A DNA stretch of 64,000 nucleotides, taken from the NCBI GenBank assembly GCA_026023565.1, contig JAPETS010000017.1:434001-498000 (forward strand). Reading direction: 5' to 3'. This stretch comes from Cirrosporium novae-zelandiae (Eukaryota). The first letter of the stretch is position 1; each line of letters begins with the position of its first letter. Positions 39,177-50,714 of the stretch are shown here, piece after piece. The translations under genes were made by a program, and so were the position numbers. The notes under the pieces are model-generated. The model saw only the letters and a list, made by a program, of their open reading frames with translations. It was not told the origin of the DNA and did no database searches.

Positions 39177-39896
39177 CTACCTACCTGGAATAAACTCTGG
39201 AGGTGGAGGCCAAGGAACAAAACAGATGAAAGGATTATGCGGTAACCCCGGTATCTGTATTGGCATTATATGTGGCACGTGAGGTATCTGTGACACCTGT
39301 GGTAACGGATTGAACATGGAGCTCCGTATCTGTGTCTGTGTTGCCTGAATCCCTTGAGTAGCAGCATATTTCTTCCTCTGATCCTCGATTAGGATGAGTT
39401 GTATGGTGAGTAGTGCCGCCTGGACACTATCTACCGTTTCTAAATTGTTTACCAAGACCGCCTGGCGGGTGAGGTTTACCAGAGCGTCGGTGATGGTCTG
39501 GTTGTGTTGTTTGCAGAGGAAAAGTAGGGTCTTGTAGATATAATCCATGCTGGCGTCACAGTCCCAGAACCTTTGTAGTAGATGTCTGAGTGGGTGGGTG
39601 TTCCAGGCATCTGGGGCGTTGACAAGGCGGTGCAGGAGGAAGGCAAGGTATGTCACACATAACGACTGATGGTCGAGGAGTGTCGCTAAATGATTGGGAA
39701 CGTGATGTAGGTCAAAAAGGTGAGAATTTTCGCAATGGAAAAGAGTCTCATCCTTTATACGGTGGAAACCTATGATGCCTTGGCTATTGAGGTAGTCGAG
39801 GAAGTCGCAAATCTTGTTAGCTAGTACCTGATGAATATATGGAGAATCTATGCGGGGTCCTGCCATTTCTGAATTTGTTGGGCAGTGCTCATGCAA
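39177..39896 (-). CDS. Hypothetical (orphan-like) protein, about 230-240 aa, helical core with a Pro/Gln-rich tail
   Basis: A 239-codon ORF that is more GC-rich than its AT-rich flanks. No recognised motif; start codon uncertain. Confidence 0.5.
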   Translation of the reverse strand: MHEHCPTNSEMAGPRIDSPYIHQVLANKICDFLDYLNSQGIIGFHRIKDETLFHCENSHLFDLHHVPNHLATLLDHQSLCVTYLAFLLHRLVNAPDAWNTHPLRHLLQRFWDCDASMDYIYKTLLFLCKQHNQTITDALVNLTRQAVLVNNLETVDSVQAALLTIQLILIEDQRKKYAATQGIQATQTQIRSSMFNPLPQVSQIPHVPHIMPIQIPGLPHNPFICFVPWPPPPEFIPGR

Positions 39897-40939
39897 GGTA
39901 AAGTGGGAGAGTATATTTAACTACTGGTTGGGATGAATTTGAAAGAATATGTTGATTTGAATGCGCCGTCCTGTTGTAGGTTAGTTTGCTGCGGCGGTTT
40001 GGATGATGAGGCAGAAAGTGCGTTCAAAGTTTGAACGATGTAGTTATGCAGTAATGTTTATATAAGAAGGATAAAGACGCGGAACAACAAAGAACAAAAA
40101 ACAATAGATAAAATTAGCACCTGTCAAGGGTTAGTATTAACAAAGGAGTTGATCCAAGATAAAGAAAGATCACAAGGACACTGTTCTAAAATATATCAAG
40201 GATAAAGGAGAGAGCATTCAAGAGTCCTAATGTGGAAACAATGCATTATTGCAAAGCTTTTACTGATCGCAAAATCATGATTCTGCGTACGTGAAGTGTA
40301 GGAGTGGAGAATGACCGTGTTGTGTACATATAGGATGCATTTTAGTGTCTATCGGTTTAGTATGCCTTATACAACATACGTATGCATTAATACTCGAGTA
40401 TTGTTAGCCCAACTCACCTGGAACGAACCGGTGCATGTTTTTCCGATTTCTTAATTAGGCAAGACACGTACCCATGATTCAACCCTCCACCCTCTGGACA
40501 ATCACTCGGGAACTTTTCGTAATTGTTGGGGTTATCCGTATCCCCGCTTTTCGCTGACTCTTACCCCGGACTTCCTCCACACCATCGCTATGCATCTAAA
40601 CCCATTCCTGCAGTTATTTCAGCCACACCAACTCCCCTCCACCTATCCGTTAATTCTGGCCAACTGCCAACCCCGAATAAATTGTTCAATTTCTTGATAG
40701 TAGACTGACACACTAGGGCGAGACAATAAACTCCACCCTGTCGCTCAGCATTATACCGAGAACCCTGGTTCAAAGCGGTGGCCTGCAGGGAAATCTTCAA
40801 CCGAAGCAGGGTAGCTTGCATAGAAATGTAGATATTTAATCGGCTTCCTGGCTATAAATGAGATTAGGACTTTGTATTTCAGAGGAATGCTTGCTGTCAG
40901 GGGATTGATAAACGTATCATTCAGAGGAAAGCTGCGAAG

Positions 40940-42730
40940 ATGGGTCGCTTCTTCAGTCGAAAAATCACCCAATCCGATGATGTTGTCACCACGGCAGTCC
41001 ATCTGACGTTGCGACAGTCACTCATTCCTAATTTTCTTGGTATGAAAGCTTTGTACAACGTGCTGCCACCTAACTAACCATACTAGTGACTATCCTCTTG
41101 TAAGTGTGGATTCCCTCATTTGACAGCGTGAATAACAGTTCACTGATAACACGAAAGCTTCTTATGGGGTTTCGCATATGGTGAGAAACGATTTTCCAAT
41201 TGAACTTATAGCTTTCCCGGCACTTCACTATCGCTGACTCGTATAGGTCTTCTTGACGTTCTTAACTCGCATTTCCAGACAGAACTCAATATCACAGCCA
41301 GTAAATCCTCAGGACTTTCGGCCTCTTATTTCGGAGCATATTTTGTGTGTCCATTGACGATATCGGGATGGATACTCAGGAGGTTTGGATTTAGGGTGAC
41401 ATTCATGACCGGTTAGTTTGTTTCCCATCTCGATACAGCTCCTCATCCCTGACCTCCATCAGGTCTCGCCGTTCTTGCAGTGGGATGCCTCCTCTTTTGG
41501 CCCAGTGGTGTAAAGCGCTCTTTCGGCGGCTTTTGCGGTAGTATGTTCGTTGTCGGTGCCGGCCTATCAACTCTTGAGACAGCTGCAGATCCTTTCCTCT
41601 CTATTTGCGGTCCCCCACGTTACTCGGAAATTCGTCTGAACCTTGCTCAAGCAGTTCAAGGTACAGGCTCATTTGTAGCACCCCTCCTTGCATCCCGTGT
41701 CTTCTTCGCCGACACAGTTGATACCGCGCAAGGCCTAAAGAACGTGCAATGGGTTTACCTTGGGGTCGCCTGTTTCGTGGCTTTACTAATCATTTTGTTC
41801 TTTCTGGCACCGATGCCCGAGGTTACGGACGCAGATATGGCAACAGTGGAAGCTGAAATCGCAGAAATCGATCCTGGACCCTTCAAGAAGCAATATAATC
41901 TATTCTTGGGTGTATGGAGCCAATTTTGCTATGTTGGAGCGCAAGTGGCGTTGGCCAATTATTTCATAAATTTTGCCGAGGAAGCGGGATATTCGGCGTC
42001 AAAGTCCTGTAAGTTTCATTTCACATTCTAACTATGTCCTCACTTCATGTTTCATATACTTGTTTAGAGAGCCGCTTAACTAACGGTTATCTCCAGCGGA
42101 TCTCCTGGCCGTAGGGCAGGGGTTATATGCTTTCAATCGATTCCTCGCAGCTGGCCTCATGACGCTTCCTGTGCCTTTTTTCAAGCCTCGCTATATGCTT
42201 GCCGTCTATCTTGGTCTATGCTTTGTTTTCGCTGTCGCCGCAATGAAAACATCTGGTGCCACAAGCGTCGCAATGGCAATTCTTATTCTATGTTTTGAAA
42301 GTGTATGTTCTTGCCTGCCCTTCCATATCCGATTGTCAAGTTGTAGAAACAATATCAACTGACGATCCATTTTTAGTTATGCTTTGCCACCATCTTTACA
42401 CTGGCTTTACGTGGTCTTGGTCGGCACACTAAGCGCGGAGGCTCTTTCCTTGTAGCTGCAATTTCGGGTGGTGCAGCGTTTCCTCCAATGATGGGAGCCG
42501 TTGTCGACAAACATAATGCTCATATCGCAATGGCGATTCCGATGATGGGATACGTCCTGGCATGGATATTCCCTATATATGTGAATATAATAGGAGGAAA
42601 GAGTATGGATGTGCATAGAAGCACAGACGTGGGAATTGAGGAACACCATCACAAAAAAGAAATTGAAGCGGGCATTGGGACGGAGGAAAGAGTCGAGAAA
42701 TCAAGCGGAGTAGTGGAGGAGGTGCATTGA
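40940..42730 (+). CDS. MFS transporter, L-fucose/glucose-galactose permease (FucP-like) family
   Basis: MGRFFSRK..LTLRQSLIPNFL|VTILF|FLWGFAYG|LLDVLNSHFQ, GLSTLETAADPF, SEIRLNLAQA, SQFCYVGAQV, FES|..FATIFTLALRGLG..KRGGS..AAISGGAAFPP. Multiple introns, with micro-exons at 41087-41099 and 41158-41180. Confidence 0.9.
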
Positions 42731-45268
42731 AAGGAAACTATCCATGGCCAATTCATTTCAGTGGGTTAGTTTGGCGAGGACGTTGATGCAATTCTTCACA
42801 TTGCCTTGATTTTAATTCTAATCACCGCATTGATAATAGCTGCAACTAATATGTGGATGATGTAGAATGAAAACTTTGACAATAAATGTGCATGTCGGTA
42901 TTCATAAAGCACAATGCTCTAAAAACCCTAGTATTATTAACCCAACAGAGTTAGGTCAGTAAGAAGATGCGACGGTACCTATTAGAATTCCCAGGACCAT
43001 TCGACTTTTGAAGAACTTAGTATCATTAAACCATGTTAACTTCTGTAATGAGATTTTCTCTGAGAACGGAGATGATCGGATAAGATATTCTAAGAAACCT
43101 GGAACGTCGGAGAAGCCGGATAAGATTATGACGAAATGCGATTTCTAGCCGGAATACTTTCGCAAGTAGCTGATTGAAAATATCTGAAGGATCGCATCAC
43201 AGTAGAGTACTAGAGTACTTGAATACTTACTACAAGTAGATCCTTCATATTATCCTTACCCGGCTTTGGTTCCGTCCTAAAAACAAAATAGAAGTTTCTT
43301 GCAGTCTTCTTTCCGCCCTAAATCTCTGCTGCATGCAGGGCAACGTATCATCCCAGAAGACGGGCGTCTGGAATCGAGGAACCTAAATTTCGTTGCCCCA
43401 TCACTTACAGTTTCGGTTTTGGGTCTCAAATCCCTGTTTATTTGACAGGATGAACGACGGCAGAAGTGTGGCGTAGTCAGAACGAACTGCAGCATCAACT
43501 TTTTTTATTTCAACTGTACCTGGTGGTTGTCATCGATGCATTCTATGCTCATTTCTTGCTGCTCTAACTTTGAAGGAAGCATCAGGGTTCTTGAGGGTGT
43601 TTCATCAAGCAAAAGTCGACTAGGTATTACATTGAAAACAACTGTTAGGTTAGAAATTCAAGACAGGTCCATGAAACTGTTAGACTTTTTCTTTTTCTTT
43701 TTTTTCTTTTTGAAGAATTTCCACAAGCACCTGATGATGGATTGCGTTTGCTGTTTTGGCTGATAATAGGAAGAGGAGGGTCGGATAAGTAGCCGAGCAG
43801 GGCTATCTCTCTGAAAGGCTTGGAATAGAGGATCGTCGAATAGGTTGGGGGAGGTCTAGAAGTAGAGTAAGAGAGTATTTTGTAGTAGTCAAGAGCGGTC
43901 AAGTTTGTTGGGTTGTCAGAGGATGACAAGGAGATTTCATGGTGATACGAAAAATCAGAGTTGGAAATTAGTTGGGACCTGACTACTGTTTTTCTTTGAA
44001 GCTCTCATGACCGCTTTTCAAGGTCTCATCAAAAGTGAAGTCGCCTCATGTTGGGGTAATTGCTCATAGGGGCGTTGTTTTTAGGCTTCGGGATCAAATT
44101 CGCGGGTGGGTCTTGTCTAGTACGTACTGTACTTAATGTATTCCATGTACAAGTATTTAACGTATTATTTAGATGCCAAGGCGGTAGAAGGCTATGGAAA
44201 GGATATTCCCGAAAAACCTATCAAGTGTATCGAGGATGATGACTGGTACAGGTATGTTAGGTAAGTTAAGTTGCTTAGAGAATAGCCCACAGATAGAGGA
44301 GGCTAGAGCCATAACAGTACACAGTATAGTGGAGACTAGACCTATTACGAACTTGTCAAGCCCCTTGTTCCAATACCCGCCAATTATCCCCAATTCAGCA
44401 TTTCTTCCAAGGGTCATTTATTGAACCAAAAACTTCAAAGGCTGGCCTGGCGGGCTGGAAGGCTGGCTGGCTAGCTAGCTAACCTACCTACAGTACTCAC
44501 TACCTATCTACTTACCTACTTACCTACTTACCTGCCTATCAAAGACGTCGACACCCACCAATTCAATAACCAAAGAAACATATACTAAAGAAACAAGGCA
44601 AAGACTTGAAAAAAAAAAATCTCTGCTTTCTTAATAGCAACCAACAGCCACATCAACAAACACTTCAATCCAGATCTCAAAGGCCAACACCAACACCATT
44701 GACAAGCTCAACCCGAAAAGCTCGCTTGGCGCTTGGAAGGCTTCATTATCTGTGCATTTCCCAAAGTCACTCGTGGACTTGATGATCCGCCTTTAGGTCT
44801 AGTCAAGGTTTAATAGAACCCCCTCGACCCTGGAATTGAATGTCCGATAGTCGTCAGTCACTAAAGCCCGGTCACATCCTCTACTCTACTACTTTATTCG
44901 CTTGTAGCCTCAGTGCCTCAATAGAGTGATGCTGACATAGCACCGCTTCGTGTGTCAGTGAGCTGTTCGGTTTATCTGCAAGTCACTTGGCCTGACCAAG
45001 CAAGCCCTTACTTTACTTCAACTGCTTGCCTTTAAACCCTCCACTGTTCCTTCTTCTTTCTCTTCTTCTTCTTCCTCTTCTTTTCCTCTTCTCCTCTTTC
45101 ATATCCTCCTCTTCAGCTCCATTCCACCGGCTTCCTACTCACAACACCAGCCTCCTCCAAACGCCACCAGCTTCAACCGCCATTTCGAATCTTGAACTGC
45201 TATTACAAGTTCTGCTTAGTATCGGACTGCTAGATACTTTGTAAACACAATCCCAATCAATATACATC

Positions 45269-45862
45269 ATGCGTTCTTCACGGTCTTCCTCCACCTCCTC
45301 CATCTCCTCCATCTCCTCTGCTTTTACATCTTCCGCGGAGCCTGAAGAAACCGTACAGATATTCGTCAAATCTCTTACCGGCGAGAGTGAGTCCAACTTT
45401 CCCTGCTGTTGCTTAAGTTGCCGCAAGGCTAACTATTTTTAAGCAATACCACTATCCATTCCCCCATCAACTACCATTTCCACACTTGCAAACCTTCTGT
45501 CTATACGGACATCGCTCCCCCCAGAATCTCTACGTATCATTCATGCCGGAAAGCACCTCACACATGATCCATCGGCTACGCTGGCCGAAGCAAATATCCC
45601 GGCATCCACTACACTTCAACTAAGCTTTCCAATTCGTGGTGGAATGCCTCCTAGGAAGATACGATGTAGCTTTAAAGATTGCAAGGAATTCGCACAGCGA
45701 ATTGTTGGTGATTGTGGATTTTGCTCAGGACGTTTCTGCGGCAAACATCGGATGTTGGAGGATCATAAATGTAGTGGCCTAGAAGACTGTAGGAAAGAGA
45801 GTCACGAGAGGAATGCAGACAAACTGAACTCGGAGAGAACGGCAGTTATCAAAGGTATATAG
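45269..45862 (+). CDS. Ubiquitin-like domain fused to an AN1-type zinc finger (Tmc1/ZFAND-like)
   Basis: VQIFVKSLTGE|TIPLSI..LRIIHAGKHL..TLAEANI...TLQLSFPIRGG followed by MPPRKIRCSFKDC..GDCGFCSGRFCGKHRMLEDHKC. Intron 45387-45443. Confidence 0.88.
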
Positions 45863-46504
45863 AGGTCCTTTACGCATGGCGATACACGGCGTTGATTGGG
45901 ATTTTTTACCAGCATGGGATATACTGGTTTAATTCGGTTGTTGGGTGACATTGAACTATTAGCGAGCTTTTGATTATCATGTAGTAGAATGAATACTGCC
46001 ACTTCTTATCATTATCAAAGCCGATGTTGTCTCAAAGTTGTAGGCTCGCTTGCTAATTTATCGGCCGTATCGACTGTTAGAACAACTTCTTCACCTCGAC
46101 AGCGAAGACTTCCGACGCCTACAACCATTCTTTATGATTATTTCATCAATATTATTTGCTTCTACCAAAAATTTCGACGGCCGCATGTATGAACCTATTG
46201 GTATAAACTTGATGTTAATGCATTGGGCAAGTCGGTGGCAAAACCTTTTATAACCTCGAGGATTCAGTTTCTACAATATTAATGATCAATAACCAACTTC
46301 GGACTTCTATTGACGAGACATACTAATTATATGTGAATCTGAAGGCTGCTCTCTTGCTTAAAAACCTCTGCTATAGATTTTAACACTCCTATCCACCAGA
46401 GTGGGTACATTACAATTACTCACATCATTCGAAAAGCAATGAACACTAGTTTCAAGCTCTCTGCGAATTCCAACATTGACATTTGGCTATTGACTATTGA
46501 TTAA

Positions 46505-48640
46505 ATGGTCACCATGCCTTCCACTTCTCTGCCTTCTCGTGGTAACGCCGCAATAAAAACATCGTCCAATCCCATCTCCATCCCAGACTTTGCAACACAA
46601 CAAATATCATTACTCCAAGCTGAACTTGATGCTGAAAAAGCAGAAACCACTCTTTTATTTACACATGCTCCTCCTATTACACTCCAACGTGCTGGCTTAG
46701 CAATTACAAATCTACTCCTAAACTCTCAACGAACGGGACTTGGTGGCAAGACCGTGGTGGAATTGGGGAAAGATGCTGCTTTTTCTTCCCCTACGGAGGG
46801 GCTTGGTGAACATGGAATACGTACAGGAGATATTATTCGTGTGGCAACACAACCATCTGGAAGTTCAAAGAAGAAAGAGAAGACTGATCTGGAAGGGAAA
46901 GGCACGGACGGAGTCGTTGTGCGGGTTGGCGAGAAGGCAATCAGTATTGCCCTTGGGAAAGATGAAGTGGACATTCCAGAAGGAAGATTATGGGTTGTAA
47001 AGCTGGCAAATGAGGTTACATACCGAAGAATGGAGGAGACAATGAAGAAACTGCAAGATATTAAAGAAGGTCAAGAAAGCGATATTATGAGGATTTGCTT
47101 TGGGATTACCGATCCTACATCCATTGATTCAGACCTCCTGAAAGATGGCGCTGTGGAATTTATAGACCCTGGATTGAACGAGTCGCAGAAGGAAGCAATT
47201 CGATTTGCAATAGCAGCTCAAGACGTGGCATTAATTCATGGCCCACCAGGAACTGGCAAAACCCACACACTCATTGAATTAACTCTACAGCTGCTGAAGC
47301 TAAACAAACGGATATTGGTCTGTGGGCCTTCTAATATCTCAGTCGACAATATTGTTGAGAGGCTAGCACCGCATAAAATTCCTATTGTACGCCTCGGACA
47401 TCCTGCGCGACTACTTCCATCTGTGCTAGACCATTCCCTAGAAGTACTAACTCGGACATCAGAAGCAGGCTCAATTGTTCGAGATGTCAGAAAAGAGATG
47501 GATGAGAAGCAGAGGAGCATCCGGAAAACAAGAAATGGAAGAGAGAGGAGAGTAATCTATGGAGAGCTGAAGGAGCTGAGGAAGGAGTATAGGCAAAGGG
47601 AAAATAAATGTATTGACGGACTAGTAAGAGGGAGCAAAGTGGTGTTGGCAACACTGCATGGGGCAGGAGGGTTTCAGTTACGAGGCCAACAATTCGACGT
47701 TGTCATCATTGATGAGGCTAGCCAAGCGCTGGAGGCCCAGTGCTGGGTCTCGTTACTATCTGCAAAGAAAGTCGTGCTTGCTGGTGATCATTTACAACTA
47801 CCACCGACAATTAAATCTAAAGACCACCCCAAGGCCTCTAGTAAACCTGCAGAGTCGAAAAGCCACGAGAAGAAAGTTAATGAGAATATTGGAGAAAAGG
47901 GGCCAATCATCGATTTAGAGACTACTCTATTTGACCGATTATTGGCGCTGCATGGATCCTCTATCAAGCGAATGCTAACAACACAGTACAGAATGCATGA
48001 AAAAATAATGAGATTCCCATCTGACATTTTATATGACTCGAAACTTATAGCAGCCGAACATGTTAAAGAACGTCTGCTGAAAGATCTTCCTTATGAAGTT
48101 GAGGAGACCGATGATACATCAGAGCCCATCGTCTTCTTCGACACCCAAGGAGATGCTTTTCCCGAGGATGTCGAAGACGAAACAAAGATGTTGAAGAAGG
48201 GTGCCGTGGGAGAAAGCAAAAGCAATAAGGGCGAAGCACTAATAGTCAAAATGCATGTTCAAAACCTAGTACAGGCAGGAGTCCATAACGAAGACATTGC
48301 TGTAATCACCCCTTACAATGCACAGCTCTCTCTTCTATCTCAGAAGCTCAAAGAGAGTTTCCCAGGTATCGAACTTGGAAGCGTGGATGGTTTCCAAGGC
48401 CGAGAAAAAGAAGCTGTGATTGTAAGTCTTGTTCGCAGTAACGACAAACATGAAGTGGGCTTCCTCTCAGATAAGCGGAGACTCAATGTTGCCATGACTA
48501 GGCCCAAAAGGCATCTTTGTATCATTGGGGATTCGGAGACAATCCGACAGAGCAACAATGAGTTTCTTAAGAAATGGATGAATTTTTTGGAAGAAAATGC
48601 CGAGCTTCGGTATCCAGATAGCGGCGATTTAGAGGATTAA
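46505..48640 (+). CDS. HCS1: SF1B DNA/RNA helicase, Hcs1/IGHMBP2 (SMUBP-2) family
   Basis: Intronless 711-aa ORF with LNESQKEAI, IHGPPGTGKT, PSNISVDNIVERL, DEASQALEA, GDHLQLPPT, QYRMH, TPYNAQ, VDGFQGREKE and RRLNVAMTR. Confidence 0.92.
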   Translation: MVTMPSTSLPSRGNAAIKTSSNPISIPDFATQQISLLQAELDAEKAETTLLFTHAPPITLQRAGLAITNLLLNSQRTGLGGKTVVELGKDAAFSSPTEGLGEHGIRTGDIIRVATQPSGSSKKKEKTDLEGKGTDGVVVRVGEKAISIALGKDEVDIPEGRLWVVKLANEVTYRRMEETMKKLQDIKEGQESDIMRICFGITDPTSIDSDLLKDGAVEFIDPGLNESQKEAIRFAIAAQDVALIHGPPGTGKTHTLIELTLQLLKLNKRILVCGPSNISVDNIVERLAPHKIPIVRLGHPARLLPSVLDHSLEVLTRTSEAGSIVRDVRKEMDEKQRSIRKTRNGRERRVIYGELKELRKEYRQRENKCIDGLVRGSKVVLATLHGAGGFQLRGQQFDVVIIDEASQALEAQCWVSLLSAKKVVLAGDHLQLPPTIKSKDHPKASSKPAESKSHEKKVNENIGEKGPIIDLETTLFDRLLALHGSSIKRMLTTQYRMHEKIMRFPSDILYDSKLIAAEHVKERLLKDLPYEVEETDDTSEPIVFFDTQGDAFPEDVEDETKMLKKGAVGESKSNKGEALIVKMHVQNLVQAGVHNEDIAVITPYNAQLSLLSQKLKESFPGIELGSVDGFQGREKEAVIVSLVRSNDKHEVGFLSDKRRLNVAMTRPKRHLCIIGDSETIRQSNNEFLKKWMNFLEENAELRYPDSGDLED

Positions 48641-50714
48641 GAATGGAGGATTCAGATATATGATAGCATGAATTCTACGACGGGTAGATGAATGAATATG
48701 GCTTGGTTGATGTTCCGTTGGTGAATATGCTCGAGTGTAGTGCTGCCCTTATCCGTCTCCGTCAGGCCGGCTACCTGAACTTTAGCATTTCACGAGGGGG
48801 GAGCTAGAAGCCTAAAATGGCACTGCTTTGGACCAAAACTGCATAACGTGAAGCCAAGGGAACGGAAGCGTAGCACTCCCTGGTATCAGAATGAGACTTG
48901 CAGCTGCGACGACCGAAAAAAGTCTATGCAAGGTACAAAGTGCATTTTGCATTAAATCCAGGGACTAATTATGACAATCATCATTATCAGCATTTGATTT
49001 GATTATCTATCCTACACGTGGACGAGTGAATGAATGCCACGGAATGAAGGAAAGCATTAGTTACTGTACAAGTTACTATGTACTTCAGTTGTTAAGGTTC
49101 GATTGAAGTGCCGTGAGCAGGATCTGACGAAGGTAGCAACTGGGGCGTTCGGTTCTACTGGTACTGTACCAAGAAGGGGGCTTGGTTGGTGTTGATGTCT
49201 TGGTGCTCCGTTCAAGACGAGGTCCTGGCTTCTCCCCCTGGTGTCGGCTTCACACATGGAAATTTGTGGAGGAGTTCAACCTATTTAGGCAAGACGTGTA
49301 AAGAAAAAAACACTTGGATACCAGACTAGTAGAGCCAAGTAGGAAAGTTAGATAAATTACAAGGTGGAATATTAAAGGATGGATGCAATGGGCGAACTAA
49401 AAAAACAGAAAAATTAAAAATAAAAAAAGTAAGGAGGTGAAAAGGCACGAGGATAACTTCAGACTTTTCGTCTGTCAAGTTCAGCTTTGGTTGGGCAATC
49501 AGTTGAAAGGATGGAGGGAGGGGGACAAATCAGCGATCTATTCTTTAACCTACGAACTGGTCTTCCACCAACCGTCGACCATCTTATGTCTACCCTCTAC
49601 ACCATCTTTGAAAATTCCTGACAGCAGTACCAGCCAATAATCTTGAGAGTTGCAAGCGACTTGAGGTTGTGGTTTGACCATGGGTTGACCATTAGGTTCA
49701 GGAAGTTTGGTTGGATTTTACTCGAGTAGAACTTCAGCCTCCCGTAACTTTGTGGGTGTCGACTTATGTGTCCAGAGGTCCGATTTATGCGTGTAGTATA
49801 GATGTATAGATGTGTATATGTGTGTGTAAGAAAAAAGAGATGCGACCAGTCCTTTTTTCCCTTTTTTATTTTATTAAACTTGATATTTGTTGAATTTGAA
49901 AAAAAAAAAAAATATAAAATATAATACAAATACCGTTACAATATGCAAACAGGTGGGGTAAAGGGTAAGAAAGAAAGAAAAGACTCGGAAAGTTGAGGAA
50001 AGAAAGAAAAAAAAAGAACTAGTAGACAATTCAAAACAACGAGCCAACCACCAAAGAAATACAAAAGAAATACGAAATTGAGCCATGATCAAAGTGAGAA
50101 CCATCTCCGCTTGGTCCTTCCTACCCCCCCCCCTGCTTCATTTTCGAAATGGCCCGTTACTCTTTTGAGACATCGTTTGACCTTTCCAATGCTTCTAAAC
50201 CCCATCCTCACCATCTCCTCATCCATTCTTTCACCTTCTCAGCTCAAACTCCCTTCTCCGGATCCTTACTCGTGAGAAAAAAAAAAAGAAAAGACAAAAA
50301 AAGAGCTTAACAACAAAGCAATGTTTGGACCACCACCATGAGAGTGTAACGCAAAAAATCCTCTCCTCTAGCCAGTGTCCTCCTTTCTTTCCATATCATC
50401 TTTTTTAACCATTACTCTCTTAATCCCGTAGCCTTACCGTCTGAGGCTTCCATCTGCCCATCCGGTTGGCTGGCCAATTTGCGATCGACCACCACTCTTT
50501 ACACGTACCCGCTGACGATTTCCCGCTGCTCTCATATCATATCCGCCGCATACCATGAGCCCTGGAAGACTATCACCATCTGATCCTATTATTCGTTTTG
50601 TCTGATTGACCTCACTGGATGATGCCAACACCTACCTTCCTTCCTTGATCCCCCGTCCACTCGTTTATCCCAGCAACGCTTCTACTCAACTTATATTATC
50701 CCCTCCCCAGTATC

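Noticed and set aside
40940..40990. Apparent frameshift at the MFS gene start
   Set aside because: Recounting the A-run shows ATG 40940 is in frame (MGRFFSRKITQSDD).
43645..43929. 94-aa minus-strand ORF
   Set aside because: It has no in-frame ATG and no recognisable motif, and its basic stretch derives from a poly-T tract.
44925..44995. GTGATG...CTGA spacing resembling a C/D snoRNA
   Set aside because: No rRNA-complementary guide or terminal stem was recognised.
46234..46242. PACE/Rpn4 motif GGTGGCAAA
   Set aside because: Single occurrence, downstream of the AN1 gene it would be expected to regulate; it cannot be assigned from sequence alone.
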